From the NCBI GenBank assembly GCA_965248925.1, contig CBDFLE010000006.1, forward strand, positions 4,320,001 through 4,384,000: DNA of 64,000 nucleotides. Reading direction: 5' to 3'. This DNA comes from Candidatus Multivoradales bacterium (lineage in GTDB: Bacteria > Acidobacteriota > Thermoanaerobaculia > Multivoradales > J023). Position 1 is the first letter of the stretch; each line of letters begins with the position of its first letter. The notes below the pieces were generated by a model, which saw only the letters and a program-made list of their open reading frames with translations, was not told the origin of the DNA and searched no databases. The position numbers and the translations under genes were made by a program. Positions 48,115 through 57,956 of the stretch are shown here, piece by piece.

Positions 48115-50481
48115 TCAATCGAGCGTTAGTTGCCGGCTTACCGGCGGTAAGCAACGTTGGTCGTCGCAAGCTTGGAAGATCAGCCGCAGGCCATGGCTGC
48201 CATAGAAGGTCCCGGTCAGGCTGACAGTGCCTTGATAGACGCTGATTTCCTGTTTGGCGAAAGCTGGCTTGAGCGGCTCGCCGGGTGGGTAGGAAATTGC
48301 TTCGAGGTCGCCCTCCGAGGCTTCGAGCTGGGTCGGAATCAGCAGCTCGTCCGAGGCTGGATTGGCGTTCAAGTGCCAGCCGTCAGCGATCTTCAGATGG
48401 ACGGTGATCAGGCGCCCGGCTCGGTCTTCGTGCTCAAGGGCGGTTGTCGTGACCGTCGACGCGACGACTCGCTGAGCCTCAGCCTCGAGCCGCGAGACAG
48501 CTGATGGAGTCGCAGCTGTTGGTGAGCTGCCTTGGCTGTGCCTCCAGGCCGCCAGAGCCAAGGTGCGACCACCGGCCGGGGATTTCTCGAGGCGTGGCGC
48601 GAAGGCTTTCAAACTGGTGGTTGCTCGCTCTCGCCAGCGTTGTTCGCCGGTAATTTCGCTGAGTCGCAGCAGGTTGAGCATGGCGATGCCGTTAGCGGCG
48701 GGAATCGCGCCATCGCTGAGGTCTTTGCTGCGATACAGCAGGTTGGGATTCTCGGCGGCGAGGAAAAACCCTCCCTGGGGGTCGCCGAGACGGGCGATCT
48801 GCTCGTCGGTGAGTTGGCGGGCGGCGCTTAGCCAGCGCGCATCGCCGGTGGCCTCATGCAGGGCTAGCAGCCCGCGGACCAAGAAGGCATAGTCGCTCAA
48901 ATAGGCGTCGATCTTGGCCGTGCCTTGGCGCCAGCTGTGTTGTAGCACACCGTCTTTGGGGCGAAGGTTGGACAATACGAAGCGCGCCGCGCGCTCGGCT
49001 TGTTCGAGATAGCGCGGTTCTTCGAGCAGCTGGCCGGCGGTGGCCAGGGCGGCGATCGCCATGCCATTCCAATCGGTCAGGATCTTGTCGTCGACCAGCG
49101 GCCGTGCGCGCCGTTGACGCTTTGCCAGCAGCTGCTGGCGCAGGGGTTGGAGCCGGGTCAGCAGCTGTTCGCGGGTTATTTGCAGGCGCGTGGCGTGCTG
49201 GTCGAGGGGCTGTGCCAGGTGCAAGACGTAGCGTTCTCCCTCGAAACTCGGCTCGCCATCGAAGGCGAAAATCGGCGCCAGAAAGGCCGCTTGCTCGCTG
49301 CCCAGCACTTGCTCCAGCTGGTCGCGGCTCCAGACATAGTAGGCACCCTCCTCGGCGTCGGTCTCGGCGTCGATGGCGCTGAGCAGAGCACCTTCTGGCG
49401 AGGTCAGTTCACGGGCGATAAAAGCGGCGGTTTCTTCGACCACGCGAGCTGCTTCCAGGTTGCCGGAACGGTGGTGCCAGCGAGCATAGAGTTCCAGCAA
49501 GTGGGCGTTGTCGTAGAGCATTTTCTCGAAATGCGGCACCCGCCACCAGGCGTCGGTGGAGTAGCGGTGGAAGCCGCCGCCGATCTGATCGTAGAGGCCG
49601 CCGCGAGCCATCCGGTCGAAGGTGGTGGCCAACATCTGCTCCGCCCCAGCGAAGGAATCGGCGAGTTCCAGCAGCAGGAAGAGGTTGGACGGCGAAGGGA
49701 ATTTCGGTGCTCGGCCAAATCCTCCCCATTCCTTGTCGAAGGTGCTGCTCAGATGCTCGGCCGCGCGTTGGGCGAGTTCCGCCGTAGGCGCCTCGGCAGC
49801 TGGTTCGACCGCCCCTTCGAGCACTTGCCCCATCACCTGAGCGAAGCGATCCGCTTGTTTGTCGATTTCTTGCCGCTGCTGCTGCCAGGCGGTGCTGAGC
49901 GATTTCAGCAGCGAGGCGAAACCCGGCCGTCCGCCGCGATCCTCAGGGGGAAAGTAGGTGCCGGCGAAGAACGGCTTGAGTTGCGGGGTCAAGAAGAGCG
50001 AGTTGGGCCAGCCACCGCGTTGGGTGAAGATTTGGGTGGCGGTCATGTAGATCTCATCCAGATCGGGGCGTTCCTCGCGATCCACCTTGATCGGCACGAA
50101 GTGCAGGTTGAGCAGCGCCGCGATTGCCGGGTTAGAGAAGCTCTCGCGCTCCATCACATGGCACCAATAGCAAGTCGAGTAACCCACCGAGAGGAAGATC
50201 GGCTTGTCCTCGCGGCGCGCCTTGGCCAGCGCTTCCTCCCCCCAGGGGTACCAGTCCACCGGATTGTTCTTGTGCAGCAGCAGATAGGGGCTGGTCTCGT
50301 CGGCGAGGCGGTTGGTGGGGCCGCCGTGCGGCGCCGTAGTTTCGGCGGTTTCGGTGGCCTCGGTGGTTTCGGTGGCCTCGTCACCACTGCCCGGGGAAGA
50401 GCCGGCGCAGGATACGGTTTGCAGGCCGGAGCAGAGGAAAGTGACACTGGTCAGCAAGGCGATTCGTTGGAGTATCGACAT
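48115..50481 (-). CDS. YyaL/DUF255 (SPATA20-like) thioredoxin-domain protein with a C-terminal DsbD-N-like domain
   Basis: [70 protein letters not shown]. Confidence 0.9.
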   Translation of the reverse strand: MSILQRIALLTSVTFLCSGLQTVSCAGSSPGSGDEATETTEATETAETTAPHGGPTNRLADETSPYLLLHKNNPVDWYPWGEEALAKARREDKPIFLSVGYSTCYWCHVMERESFSNPAIAALLNLHFVPIKVDREERPDLDEIYMTATQIFTQRGGWPNSLFLTPQLKPFFAGTYFPPEDRGGRPGFASLLKSLSTAWQQQRQEIDKQADRFAQVMGQVLEGAVEPAAEAPTAELAQRAAEHLSSTFDKEWGGFGRAPKFPSPSNLFLLLELADSFAGAEQMLATTFDRMARGGLYDQIGGGFHRYSTDAWWRVPHFEKMLYDNAHLLELYARWHHRSGNLEAARVVEETAAFIARELTSPEGALLSAIDAETDAEEGAYYVWSRDQLEQVLGSEQAAFLAPIFAFDGEPSFEGERYVLHLAQPLDQHATRLQITREQLLTRLQPLRQQLLAKRQRRARPLVDDKILTDWNGMAIAALATAGQLLEEPRYLEQAERAARFVLSNLRPKDGVLQHSWRQGTAKIDAYLSDYAFLVRGLLALHEATGDARWLSAARQLTDEQIARLGDPQGGFFLAAENPNLLYRSKDLSDGAIPAANGIAMLNLLRLSEITGEQRWRERATTSLKAFAPRLEKSPAGGRTLALAAWRHSQGSSPTAATPSAVSRLEAEAQRVVASTVTTTALEHEDRAGRLITVHLKIADGWHLNANPASDELLIPTQLEASEGDLEAISYPPGEPLKPAFAKQEISVYQGTVSLTGTFYGSHGLRLIFQACDDQRCLPPVSRQLTLD

Positions 50482-50739
50482 CCAGTCACTCTATCGCCTA
50501 TCGCGCCATCGGATGCAGCAGAGGCGCCGCCGAAGGAGGGTGGCGAGTCGTGCACCGCTCCTCCAGCTAGTAGTCACCCCAGCCGCCCGACCTGACGTAA
50601 TCATCTGCCTCCACCCCGATCTCGGATCGCATGACCTTTGAGTTGTCGTTGTTGGAAGCAGAAGCAAGGTAGAGGAGAAATGGGTTGTTTGAACAGGGCT
50701 TGCCGTCGGGCGGGGACGAGGTCTACCAGGGTCCGTGCC

Positions 50740-51946
50740 GTTTCGGTTCACTGAAGGCGGGCCGCTGGCGACGTTGAACCAGGCGCCGTTTGGAATGTCT
50801 TCAGATGCGTTATATTCGCGGCAACTTTTCATGCGCTCCGGAAGCGCCCGCAGAGGTTTTTTTGCAAGATGAGTGATGGTCGGCGAAAATTGCGCAGTGT
50901 GTGTGTTTTTTGTGGTTCTAGCGAGGGGCGGGCAGCGGTTTACCGCTCCGCTGCCCAGAATCTTGGCCGATTGCTGGCGAAGCGCCGGCTGGAGCTGGTC
51001 TACGGCGGCGGCAGCGGCGGCCTGATGGGGTGCATTGCCGACGCGGCGCTGGCTGCCGGTGGCCGGGTGGTGGGGGTGATTCCTCGCGCCATGCTCGAAT
51101 GGGAGGTCGAGCACCGCCAGCTCGACGAACAGCATGTGGTGGGCTCGATGCATGAGCGCAAGGAGAAAATGCACCAGCTGTCGGATGCCTTCATCGCCAT
51201 GCCGGGAGGCCTGGGGACCCTGGAGGAGCTGTTTGAGATCTGGACTTGGCTCCAGCTCGGGGTGCATGGCAAGCCGGTGGCCTTGCTCAATGTCGAGGGC
51301 TATTGGGATCCGATGATCACCATGCTCGACCGGGCCACCGAACAAGGATTCATCAAGCTCGAACAGCGCCGGACGTTGATTGTCGAGGCGGAAGGCGAAG
51401 CTATCTTGGATCGCTTCGCAGATTTTCGCGACCCCCGGCTGCGACAATGGAACGATGGTGGCACCGGTGACGGCGCCGATTCTCAACCTCTCGACTCTGG
51501 AGATTCGTAATGCGATTTTTCGCCTCGCTGCTGGTTTCGCTTTCGCTTTTGTTACTGCTGGCCCACTGCGGGCAGCCAGATGGCGGTCACTCTGCAGCTA
51601 GCGCCGCACTCGACGCTGATCTGCGGGCGGTCGCGGTGGAGCTGCGCGACAGCTCTGCCGAGCGCTCGCAAGCCTATGAGTTTCTGCGTCAGCTGACTTC
51701 CGAAGTGGGGGCGCGGCCCGCAGGTTCGCCGGCCGACTCTCTGGCGGTGGCTTGGGCGGTGGCCAAGCTCGAGGAGATGGGTTTCGAAAATGTCCGCGCT
51801 GAGTCGGTGACCGTTCCCCATTGGCGGCGCGGTGAGGCGGCCGCGTCGCTGTTGGCGCCGGTGGCGGAGGAGCTGGTGGTGGTGGCGTTGGGGGGCAGCG
51901 TTGGCACCGCGGCAGGCGGGCTCGAAGCAGAAGTGGTGGAATTTCC
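50740..51946 (+). repeat. Copy 1 of a ~1.2-kb direct repeat (upstream region, LOG gene, 5' end of M28 peptidase gene)
   Basis: Aligns without gaps to 62695-63901 at a constant offset of 11955; roughly 95% identical by eye. Confidence 0.97.
50869..51510 (+). CDS. LOG family protein (TIGR00730), copy 1
   Basis: VCVFCGSS, LVYGGG..GLMG, MHERK, PGGLGTLEE. Confidence 0.95.
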   Translation: MSDGRRKLRSVCVFCGSSEGRAAVYRSAAQNLGRLLAKRRLELVYGGGSGGLMGCIADAALAAGGRVVGVIPRAMLEWEVEHRQLDEQHVVGSMHERKEKMHQLSDAFIAMPGGLGTLEELFEIWTWLQLGVHGKPVALLNVEGYWDPMITMLDRATEQGFIKLEQRRTLIVEAEGEAILDRFADFRDPRLRQWNDGGTGDGADSQPLDSGDS

Positions 51947-53321
51947 ACTCATAATGTGCCTGGCACCTCTTCTGGCAGATTCACTGAAGCAAAAGGCTAG
52001 AGCAGCCCTTGCGAATAAGAGATACAAAGATGCCGGGGAACTGTACGAACGGCTTCTAGAATTCCAGATCGAGAACTTTGGAGAAGAAGATATCCAAACG
52101 GCTACGACGCTCAATAACTTAGCCGCGTCTAACGAAGCGCAGGGTCGCTACGAGAGTGCCGAAGCCCTGTATCACCGAGCGCTGGAGATCCGGGAACACC
52201 TTCTCGGGCCAGATCACCCCGAGGTGGCGACGACACTGAACAACCTTGCTGCCCTTTACGAAGCGCAGGGTCGCTACGACAGCGCTGAAGACCTGTACCA
52301 CCGGGCGCTGGAGATTCGGAAACGCCTTTTCGGTCCAGACCACCCCGAGGTGGCGACGACACTGAACAACCTTGCTGCCCTTTACGAAGCGCAGGGTCGC
52401 TACGACAGTGCTGAAGCCCTGTACCACCGGGCGCTGGAGATTCGGGAACTCCTTCTCGGTCCAGACCATCCCGAAGTGGCGACGACGCTGAACAACCTTG
52501 CTGCCCTTTACGAAGCGCAGGGTCGCTACGAGAGTGCCGAAGCCCTGTATCACCGAGCGCTGGAGATTCGGGAACGCCTTCTCGGTCCAGACCACCCCGA
52601 AGTGGCGACGACACTGAACAACGTTGCTGCCCTTTACGAAGCGCAGGGTCGCTACGAGAGTGCCGAGGCCCTGTATCACCGAGCGCTGAAGATTCGGGAA
52701 CGCCTTCTCGGTCCAGACCACCCCGAAGTGGCGACGATACTGAACAACCTTGCTGCCCTTTACGAAGTGCAGGGTCGCTACGAGAGTGCCGAGGCCCTGT
52801 ATCACCGAGCGCTGAAGATTCGGGAACGCCTTCTCGGTCCAGACCACCCCGAAGTGGCGACGACGCTGAACAACCTTGCTGCCCTTTACGAAGCGCAGGA
52901 TCGCTACGAGAGTGCCGAAGCCCTGTATCACCGAGCGCTGGAGATTCGGGAACGCCTTCTCGGTCCAGACCACCCCGAAGTGGCGACGACACTGAACAAC
53001 CTTGCTGCCCTTCACGAAGCGCAGGGTCGCTACGAGAGTGCCGAAGCCCTGTATCACCGAGCGCTGGAGATTCGGGAACGCCTCATCGGCCCAGACCACC
53101 CTGATGTAGCTGTATTGCTTAACAATCTGGCTGGCTTATCCGCCAAAATCGGCCAACTAGATAGAGCAAATATGTTATATGACCGAGGTTTGGCAATTAT
53201 GAGAAAAGTGTTCGGAGACAACCACCGAAACACTGCGATAATACGTGCGAATAGACTTGCGTTGCAGTCGTCAGCACCTAACAAAGGCATACAGCGGACC
53301 CGCGAAGACGCGGGCCGCTGA
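51510..53321 (+). CDS. Chimeric ORF: truncated M28 peptidase N-terminus fused in frame to 42-aa TPR repeats
   Basis: First ~146 aa match the gene starting at 63465 up to VVEFP, then switch at 51947 to kinesin-light-chain-like TPRs. Confidence 0.8.
   Translation: MRFFASLLVSLSLLLLLAHCGQPDGGHSAASAALDADLRAVAVELRDSSAERSQAYEFLRQLTSEVGARPAGSPADSLAVAWAVAKLEEMGFENVRAESVTVPHWRRGEAAASLLAPVAEELVVVALGGSVGTAAGGLEAEVVEFPLIMCLAPLLADSLKQKARAALANKRYKDAGELYERLLEFQIENFGEEDIQTATTLNNLAASNEAQGRYESAEALYHRALEIREHLLGPDHPEVATTLNNLAALYEAQGRYDSAEDLYHRALEIRKRLFGPDHPEVATTLNNLAALYEAQGRYDSAEALYHRALEIRELLLGPDHPEVATTLNNLAALYEAQGRYESAEALYHRALEIRERLLGPDHPEVATTLNNVAALYEAQGRYESAEALYHRALKIRERLLGPDHPEVATILNNLAALYEVQGRYESAEALYHRALKIRERLLGPDHPEVATTLNNLAALYEAQDRYESAEALYHRALEIRERLLGPDHPEVATTLNNLAALHEAQGRYESAEALYHRALEIRERLIGPDHPDVAVLLNNLAGLSAKIGQLDRANMLYDRGLAIMRKVFGDNHRNTAIIRANRLALQSSAPNKGIQRTREDAGR
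51948..51974 (+). repeat. 27-bp direct repeat, left copy
   Basis: CTCATAATGTGCCTGGCACCTCTTCTG, identical to 53530-53556. Confidence 0.95.
52104..53111 (+). repeat. Eight near-identical 126-bp tandem repeats encoding TPR units
   Basis: Unit TTLNNLAALYEAQGRYESAEALYHRALEIRERLLGPDHPEVA repeated 8 times with few substitutions. Confidence 0.95.
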
Positions 53322-53336
53322 TGCCTAACGTTAGGT
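53276..53336 (+). mobile_element. Integron attC site (59-base element)
   Basis: ACCTAAC (RYYYAAC) to GTTAGGT (GTTRRRY), 61 bp, with the imperfect palindrome AGGCAT-A-CAGCGG-A-CCCGCG-AAGA-CGCGGG-CCGCTG-ATGCCT, at the gene's 3' end. Confidence 0.85.
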
Positions 53337-53529
53337 GTCGCAGAGACACCCGCTAAGCGAAGCCGACGCACCGAATCTCAGGGTGCAAGAAACTGCCTGA
53401 ACAGTGAGCATGCGAGACCCACTCCTCTTCGTGTCCTACTCTCGCGCTGACTCGGATCGCGTCGTTCCACTCGTAGATGCGCTAGGGACTCAAGGGATCC
53501 CGTGTTGGCAGGATCGTCGTGAGATACCG

Positions 53530-53556
53530 CTCATAATGTGCCTGGCACCTCTTCTG
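53530..53556 (+). repeat. 27-bp direct repeat, right copy
   Basis: Identical to 51948-51974. Confidence 0.95.
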
Positions 53557-53776
53557 TAGCAGAACGCGATGACGTTCTCGTCGACCGTGGTACTTTTCTG
53601 CATGGCGTAACCTCCTTTCGCCGTTCTGGCGAAGTCATTTGCTGATTGGAGGTTACGCCATTTTCAGAAACTCTACAGGACGCGGGACGGATCCACTTAC
53701 GCTCAATGCTTGCTCTCCTGATCCGCAAGATGCCCGGCACTAATTCCCGACGTTAGTGGGAAGTATCCTTCAGGCC

Positions 53777-56218
53777 TCAGCGAGAACGCAAGGTCTCGCT
53801 CGGCGACAGCGTGCTCAGGCTGCGGGCCGGACGGTAGTAGGCTAAGAACGCGGTCACGAAGGTCAGCATCGGCACGACGCTGAAGACCAGCGCATCGCGG
53901 GTACCGATCTCGTACACCAGGCTGGCCAGGGCACGCTCGGCGTAGAGGGCGAGGCCGAGGCCAGAAACGGTGCCGATCAGGCTGACGACGAACCCCTGCT
54001 TGGCGATCAAGGTGAAGACCTGCCGCGGTGTTGCGCCCAGCGCCATCCGGATACCCGCCTCGCGCTGGCGCAGCTCGGCGAGGCATCGCATGACGCCATA
54101 GGTACCGATTTGGGTGAGAAAGAGGGCGATTGCGGCGAACACGCTCACCAGCAACAAGCTGAATCGCTGGGGAGCGATGGCCCTGCTGTAGGTCCGCTCC
54201 AGTGTGGTCCCGTTGGCCAAGGGTACCTCCGGATCGAGGCTGCGAAGCACGCTGCGCAGGGAGGGCATGAGCGCCAGGGGGTCGTCCAGGTCGGTCTTGA
54301 TAGCCAGAGTGGTGAACATGTAGCAGCGCTGCTGGTACGGCAGGTAGATGTAGGGCCGGGCGGTCTCCTCGAAAACGTCCTGCTGCACCGTGCCGACCAC
54401 GCCGACCACGGTCAGCGGGTCGTCGCTGGCGATGCGGATCGTCTGGCCGAGCGGTTCCTCGCCGCGGAAGTACTGCTGCACCATCCGCTGGTCGATGATC
54501 GCCACCAGCGGCATGTCGGCGGTATCTGTGGCCTGGAGCAGTCGGCCTTGCAAGAGCGGGATGCCGAGTGTTTCGAAGTACTCGGCGTTCACCAGTCCAA
54601 GATTGGCCGACTGTCTCTCACCAGCCTCAAGGGGCGTTCGGCCGTCGATCCTGAAACCGTTGGATGGGTTGACCCCGGTCAGTGGCAGACCATAGTTCAT
54701 GCCGGCCGAGGTCACCCCCGGCACGGCCCGCACCTCCTGGAGCAACGCCTGCAAAAAAGCGACTTTGCGGCCGGTGTCTCGATACCGCGAGAAGGGCAGG
54801 AAGAGTTCGAAGGTGACCACCTTCTCCACCGCAAAGCCGAGATCGGCGTGCGACAGCCGCACGAAGCTCCGCGCCGACAGGCCCATGCCGATCAAAAGTG
54901 TCGTGGTCAGCGCGATCTGGCTGACGACGAGAAGGCTGAGCGCCAACCTAGAGCGTCGGGTGAGCTTCGCGCGCCCCTCGCGCAAACCGGCCGCGGCGTC
55001 GATCCGGCTGGCGCGCACGGCCGGCAGCAGTCCGGAGAGCAGACCGGCGATCAGCGACACGACCAGAGTGAAGGCCACTATCCGGCCGCCCAGGGCCGGC
55101 GCGTAGCTGTGCAAGACGTTCACCGGTGCCAGTACGAGCAACAGGCGGTTGGCGGCATAGGCGACGGGCAAGGCCAGCGCTCCGCCGAGGAGGGCGACGA
55201 CGACGCTCTCGAGCAGTGAGCGGGCGACGATGCGCCCCCGGCTGGCGCCGAGCGCGAGACGGACGGCGACGTCCTGCTGCACGGCCTGGCCGCGGGCCAT
55301 GAGCAGTATGGCGAGATTGGTGCAGGCGATCAGCAAGACGAAGCTGGTGGCCGCCCACAGCGCCAGCAACACCGGCCGCAGCGGCGTGAAGATCTGATCG
55401 CGCAGCGACACGACCTGGAGGTCGAAGCCTTGGTCGCTGGCTGGATACTGCACCGCCGCCTGCTCGGCATAGGCACTGGCTTCGGCCTGCGCCACGGCGA
55501 CGCTGGTGCCGGGCTGCAATCGTGCCATGGTGACAAGGCTGTGGAAGCCTCTCTCGTGCTCTTGCTCGCCCAGGCGCAGCGTCGCCCAGAGATCGACCGG
55601 CGGCGACAGGCGTGGGTCGGACGCGGCCAGACTCTCGGTGAAGCGAAAGTCGTCGGGCAGCACGCCGACCACGGCGTACTCTCGGCGGCCGAGGCGCAGC
55701 TTCCTGCCGAGCACTTCCGGATCGCCTCCGAGCTGCTGCTGCCAATAGCGGTGGCTGATGACCACCACCCGATCGGCATCTGGCCTAACGTCTTCCGGTC
55801 CCAAGGGGCGTCCGCGCACCGTTCGGATCCGCAAAAGAGGGAAGAAGTCACCGGTCACCGACAGCAGGTGGACACGTCGCGGCTCGCCCTCGCTGGTCAC
55901 CGTCACCTGCTCCGAGACCAGCGCCGCAATCCGCTCGAAGCTGGTGGCTGAAGTGTGCAGATCGGTGAACACGCCGGGCGGTAACGGCAATCGGGCAGGC
56001 GGCTGGGGCTGGTCGCTCGGCACAGCCACCCGCCAGATCATCACCAGGCGCTCGGCTGCCTCGTAGGGCAGCGAGGATAGTAGGAAGCGATCGATCAGGG
56101 AGAACATCGCCGTCGACGCGCCGATGCTGATCGCCAGCGTGGTCGCGGCAACCACCACGAAGGGCCCACGGCGGCGCAGGCCGCGCACGGTGGCCCCGAA
56201 CTCGCCGAGCAGGCTCAT
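53777..56218 (-). CDS. ADOP-like duplicated MacB/FtsX ABC permease
   Basis: TLAISIGASTAMFS, VVVISHRYWQQQLGGDP, LLIACTNLA, RLALGASRGR, second half GIRMALGA; ATGA-coupled to the ABC gene. Confidence 0.9.
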   Translation of the reverse strand: MSLLGEFGATVRGLRRRGPFVVVAATTLAISIGASTAMFSLIDRFLLSSLPYEAAERLVMIWRVAVPSDQPQPPARLPLPPGVFTDLHTSATSFERIAALVSEQVTVTSEGEPRRVHLLSVTGDFFPLLRIRTVRGRPLGPEDVRPDADRVVVISHRYWQQQLGGDPEVLGRKLRLGRREYAVVGVLPDDFRFTESLAASDPRLSPPVDLWATLRLGEQEHERGFHSLVTMARLQPGTSVAVAQAEASAYAEQAAVQYPASDQGFDLQVVSLRDQIFTPLRPVLLALWAATSFVLLIACTNLAILLMARGQAVQQDVAVRLALGASRGRIVARSLLESVVVALLGGALALPVAYAANRLLLVLAPVNVLHSYAPALGGRIVAFTLVVSLIAGLLSGLLPAVRASRIDAAAGLREGRAKLTRRSRLALSLLVVSQIALTTTLLIGMGLSARSFVRLSHADLGFAVEKVVTFELFLPFSRYRDTGRKVAFLQALLQEVRAVPGVTSAGMNYGLPLTGVNPSNGFRIDGRTPLEAGERQSANLGLVNAEYFETLGIPLLQGRLLQATDTADMPLVAIIDQRMVQQYFRGEEPLGQTIRIASDDPLTVVGVVGTVQQDVFEETARPYIYLPYQQRCYMFTTLAIKTDLDDPLALMPSLRSVLRSLDPEVPLANGTTLERTYSRAIAPQRFSLLLVSVFAAIALFLTQIGTYGVMRCLAELRQREAGIRMALGATPRQVFTLIAKQGFVVSLIGTVSGLGLALYAERALASLVYEIGTRDALVFSVVPMLTFVTAFLAYYRPARSLSTLSPSETLRSR

Positions 56219-57867
56219 CGCGGCTCTCCCACGGCGGGTGGCATCGCCGCAAGGAAGGGTCGCCAAGAGGCTGGAGTCGCCTCGCCCGCGGGCGGGTCGA
56301 GGTCTAGCAGACGGTCGAAGCGGTCGTGGAACTCGTCGTCGCCGTGCATGATTACCATCAAGGTCTTGCCCTGCGTGGATTCGAGAATGGCGTGCATCAC
56401 GGGGCCTTTGCTGGCGACGTCGATGCCTGCCAATGGCTCGTCAATGATATACACATCCGCCGTTTTGAGCAGGGCCATCAACACCTCAAGCCGTTTACGC
56501 TGACCGGCGGAAAGCTCAGAGGGTTTCTTATCCAGAATTTCGCCGATACCCAGGTCACTCGACAGTTGCTCAAGGCGAACCTGCTGCTCCGAGCCGACGA
56601 AAGAAAGGTTGTCGCGCACCGTCCCCGGAATGAAGTCGTGGGGCAAGACCACGGCGCTGATCCGATCCAGCGGGTAGGTGGTAGTGACCCCGCTGGTCGG
56701 CTGCAGCAGACCGCAGATGAGGTGCGCGAGAGTGCTTTTGCCGCTGCCGTTGGCGCCGATGATGAGAATGCGCTCCCCCGGCTCGGGTGCGAGTGTGAGA
56801 TCCGAGAACACCTGATGATTGGTGTAGCCGAAGTCGATATGGTCGAGCTCGATCCGGTGCCCGTAGCGTACCTTCGGGAGGTCGACTTCCAGTGCCTCGA
56901 ACTCCCGCAGGCGCTCAGCCATGCCGCTGGCGCGCGACAGCTCGGGCACCAGCCCGAACACCCCGCGCACCGCCCCCATGACGGCCCAGAACGCGCTCAT
57001 AAAGCCCACGTAGCCGCCGAACGTCATGCGGCCGCTGAGGATTTCGTAGCCGGCAGCAACAATCGCGATATTCTCGACATAGGACATGAAGATGCCGCTC
57101 AGCATCTCGTAGCGGCTGGAGGTCTTGAAGCGCGCGAAGAACGCGTTGATGTATTCGCGAACCTGATCGCTCACCTTGCGCTGAGCTTGAGCCTCCAACT
57201 GGAAGATACGTGCCGTCTTATAAGAGCCCACCGCGCGCTCCAACACGCCGCGGACCTTCGCCTCCTCCTCCTGCTCCGCCATCGACTCGCGCTTGATCTT
57301 GTTGCCGTACTTCTGTGACAGGACATAGAGTACGGGCACGGCGATCAGCACCATCAGCGTGGCCCGCACGGAGATCGACAGGGCCACCGTAAGGGCGACA
57401 ACCAGCGTCACGAGCATGTTGCTCATCATTAGGGTGGTATCGATGACCAGCGCCGCGGTGGCCGAGACCTCGTCGAAGATGCGTGACAGGAAGTAGCCGC
57501 GGTCACGCTGGATCACTTCGCCGTAGGGAATCTTGTAGTACTTCCGAAGCATACTCTCGCTGAGCTGCGCGAAGACCGCGTTCTTCAGCCGCTGGGTATA
57601 GAGGCGGTAGACGAAAACACCCACCCGCCAGAGGGTGAAGATCGCAACGAAGCCGACGCTGATCAAGGCAAAGCGTTGAAAATTCTGCCGGATAATGCCC
57701 TCGTCGAAGAGATACTTTAGAGCGAGCGGGTTGGCCGCGCTGACGAAACCGTTGGACAGCAGCCCGAATAACAAGCAGGCGACGAACCAGCGCCGATTGC
57801 CGCGGACGGTGTACGTGAGGATGTCGAGCCAGTGGGCGATGGGGATCTTGATTTTCTTGTCCGTCAT
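56215..57867 (-). CDS. ABC exporter (TM plus ATPase; LanT-like, no peptidase domain)
   Basis: TM region, GANGSGKST, LSAGQRKR, IIDEP; directly downstream of lanKC. Confidence 0.9.
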   Translation of the reverse strand: MTDKKIKIPIAHWLDILTYTVRGNRRWFVACLLFGLLSNGFVSAANPLALKYLFDEGIIRQNFQRFALISVGFVAIFTLWRVGVFVYRLYTQRLKNAVFAQLSESMLRKYYKIPYGEVIQRDRGYFLSRIFDEVSATAALVIDTTLMMSNMLVTLVVALTVALSISVRATLMVLIAVPVLYVLSQKYGNKIKRESMAEQEEEAKVRGVLERAVGSYKTARIFQLEAQAQRKVSDQVREYINAFFARFKTSSRYEMLSGIFMSYVENIAIVAAGYEILSGRMTFGGYVGFMSAFWAVMGAVRGVFGLVPELSRASGMAERLREFEALEVDLPKVRYGHRIELDHIDFGYTNHQVFSDLTLAPEPGERILIIGANGSGKSTLAHLICGLLQPTSGVTTTYPLDRISAVVLPHDFIPGTVRDNLSFVGSEQQVRLEQLSSDLGIGEILDKKPSELSAGQRKRLEVLMALLKTADVYIIDEPLAGIDVASKGPVMHAILESTQGKTLMVIMHGDDEFHDRFDRLLDLDPPAGEATPASWRPFLAAMPPAVGEPR

Positions 57868-57956
57868 TGCGGGCCGCGCATGGAAGCCATAGTGAAGGCC
57901 CGTGCCGGGCCGAGATGCTCTTCGCTCATCACTTGCCGAGGCAGCGGGCACCTGCG

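Noticed and set aside
51940-51975. dif/Xer site at the island boundary
   Set aside because: Only CATAATGT resembles the XerC side; the TTATGTTAAAT XerD arm is absent
52104-53111. 126-bp repeats as a CRISPR array or DGR template/variable repeats
   Set aside because: They are contiguous in-frame coding repeats with no unique spacers, and there is no reverse transcriptase in the window
53690-53765. Second attC site
   Set aside because: GTTAGTG does not fit GTTRRRY, and there is no matching RYYYAAC with a long palindrome
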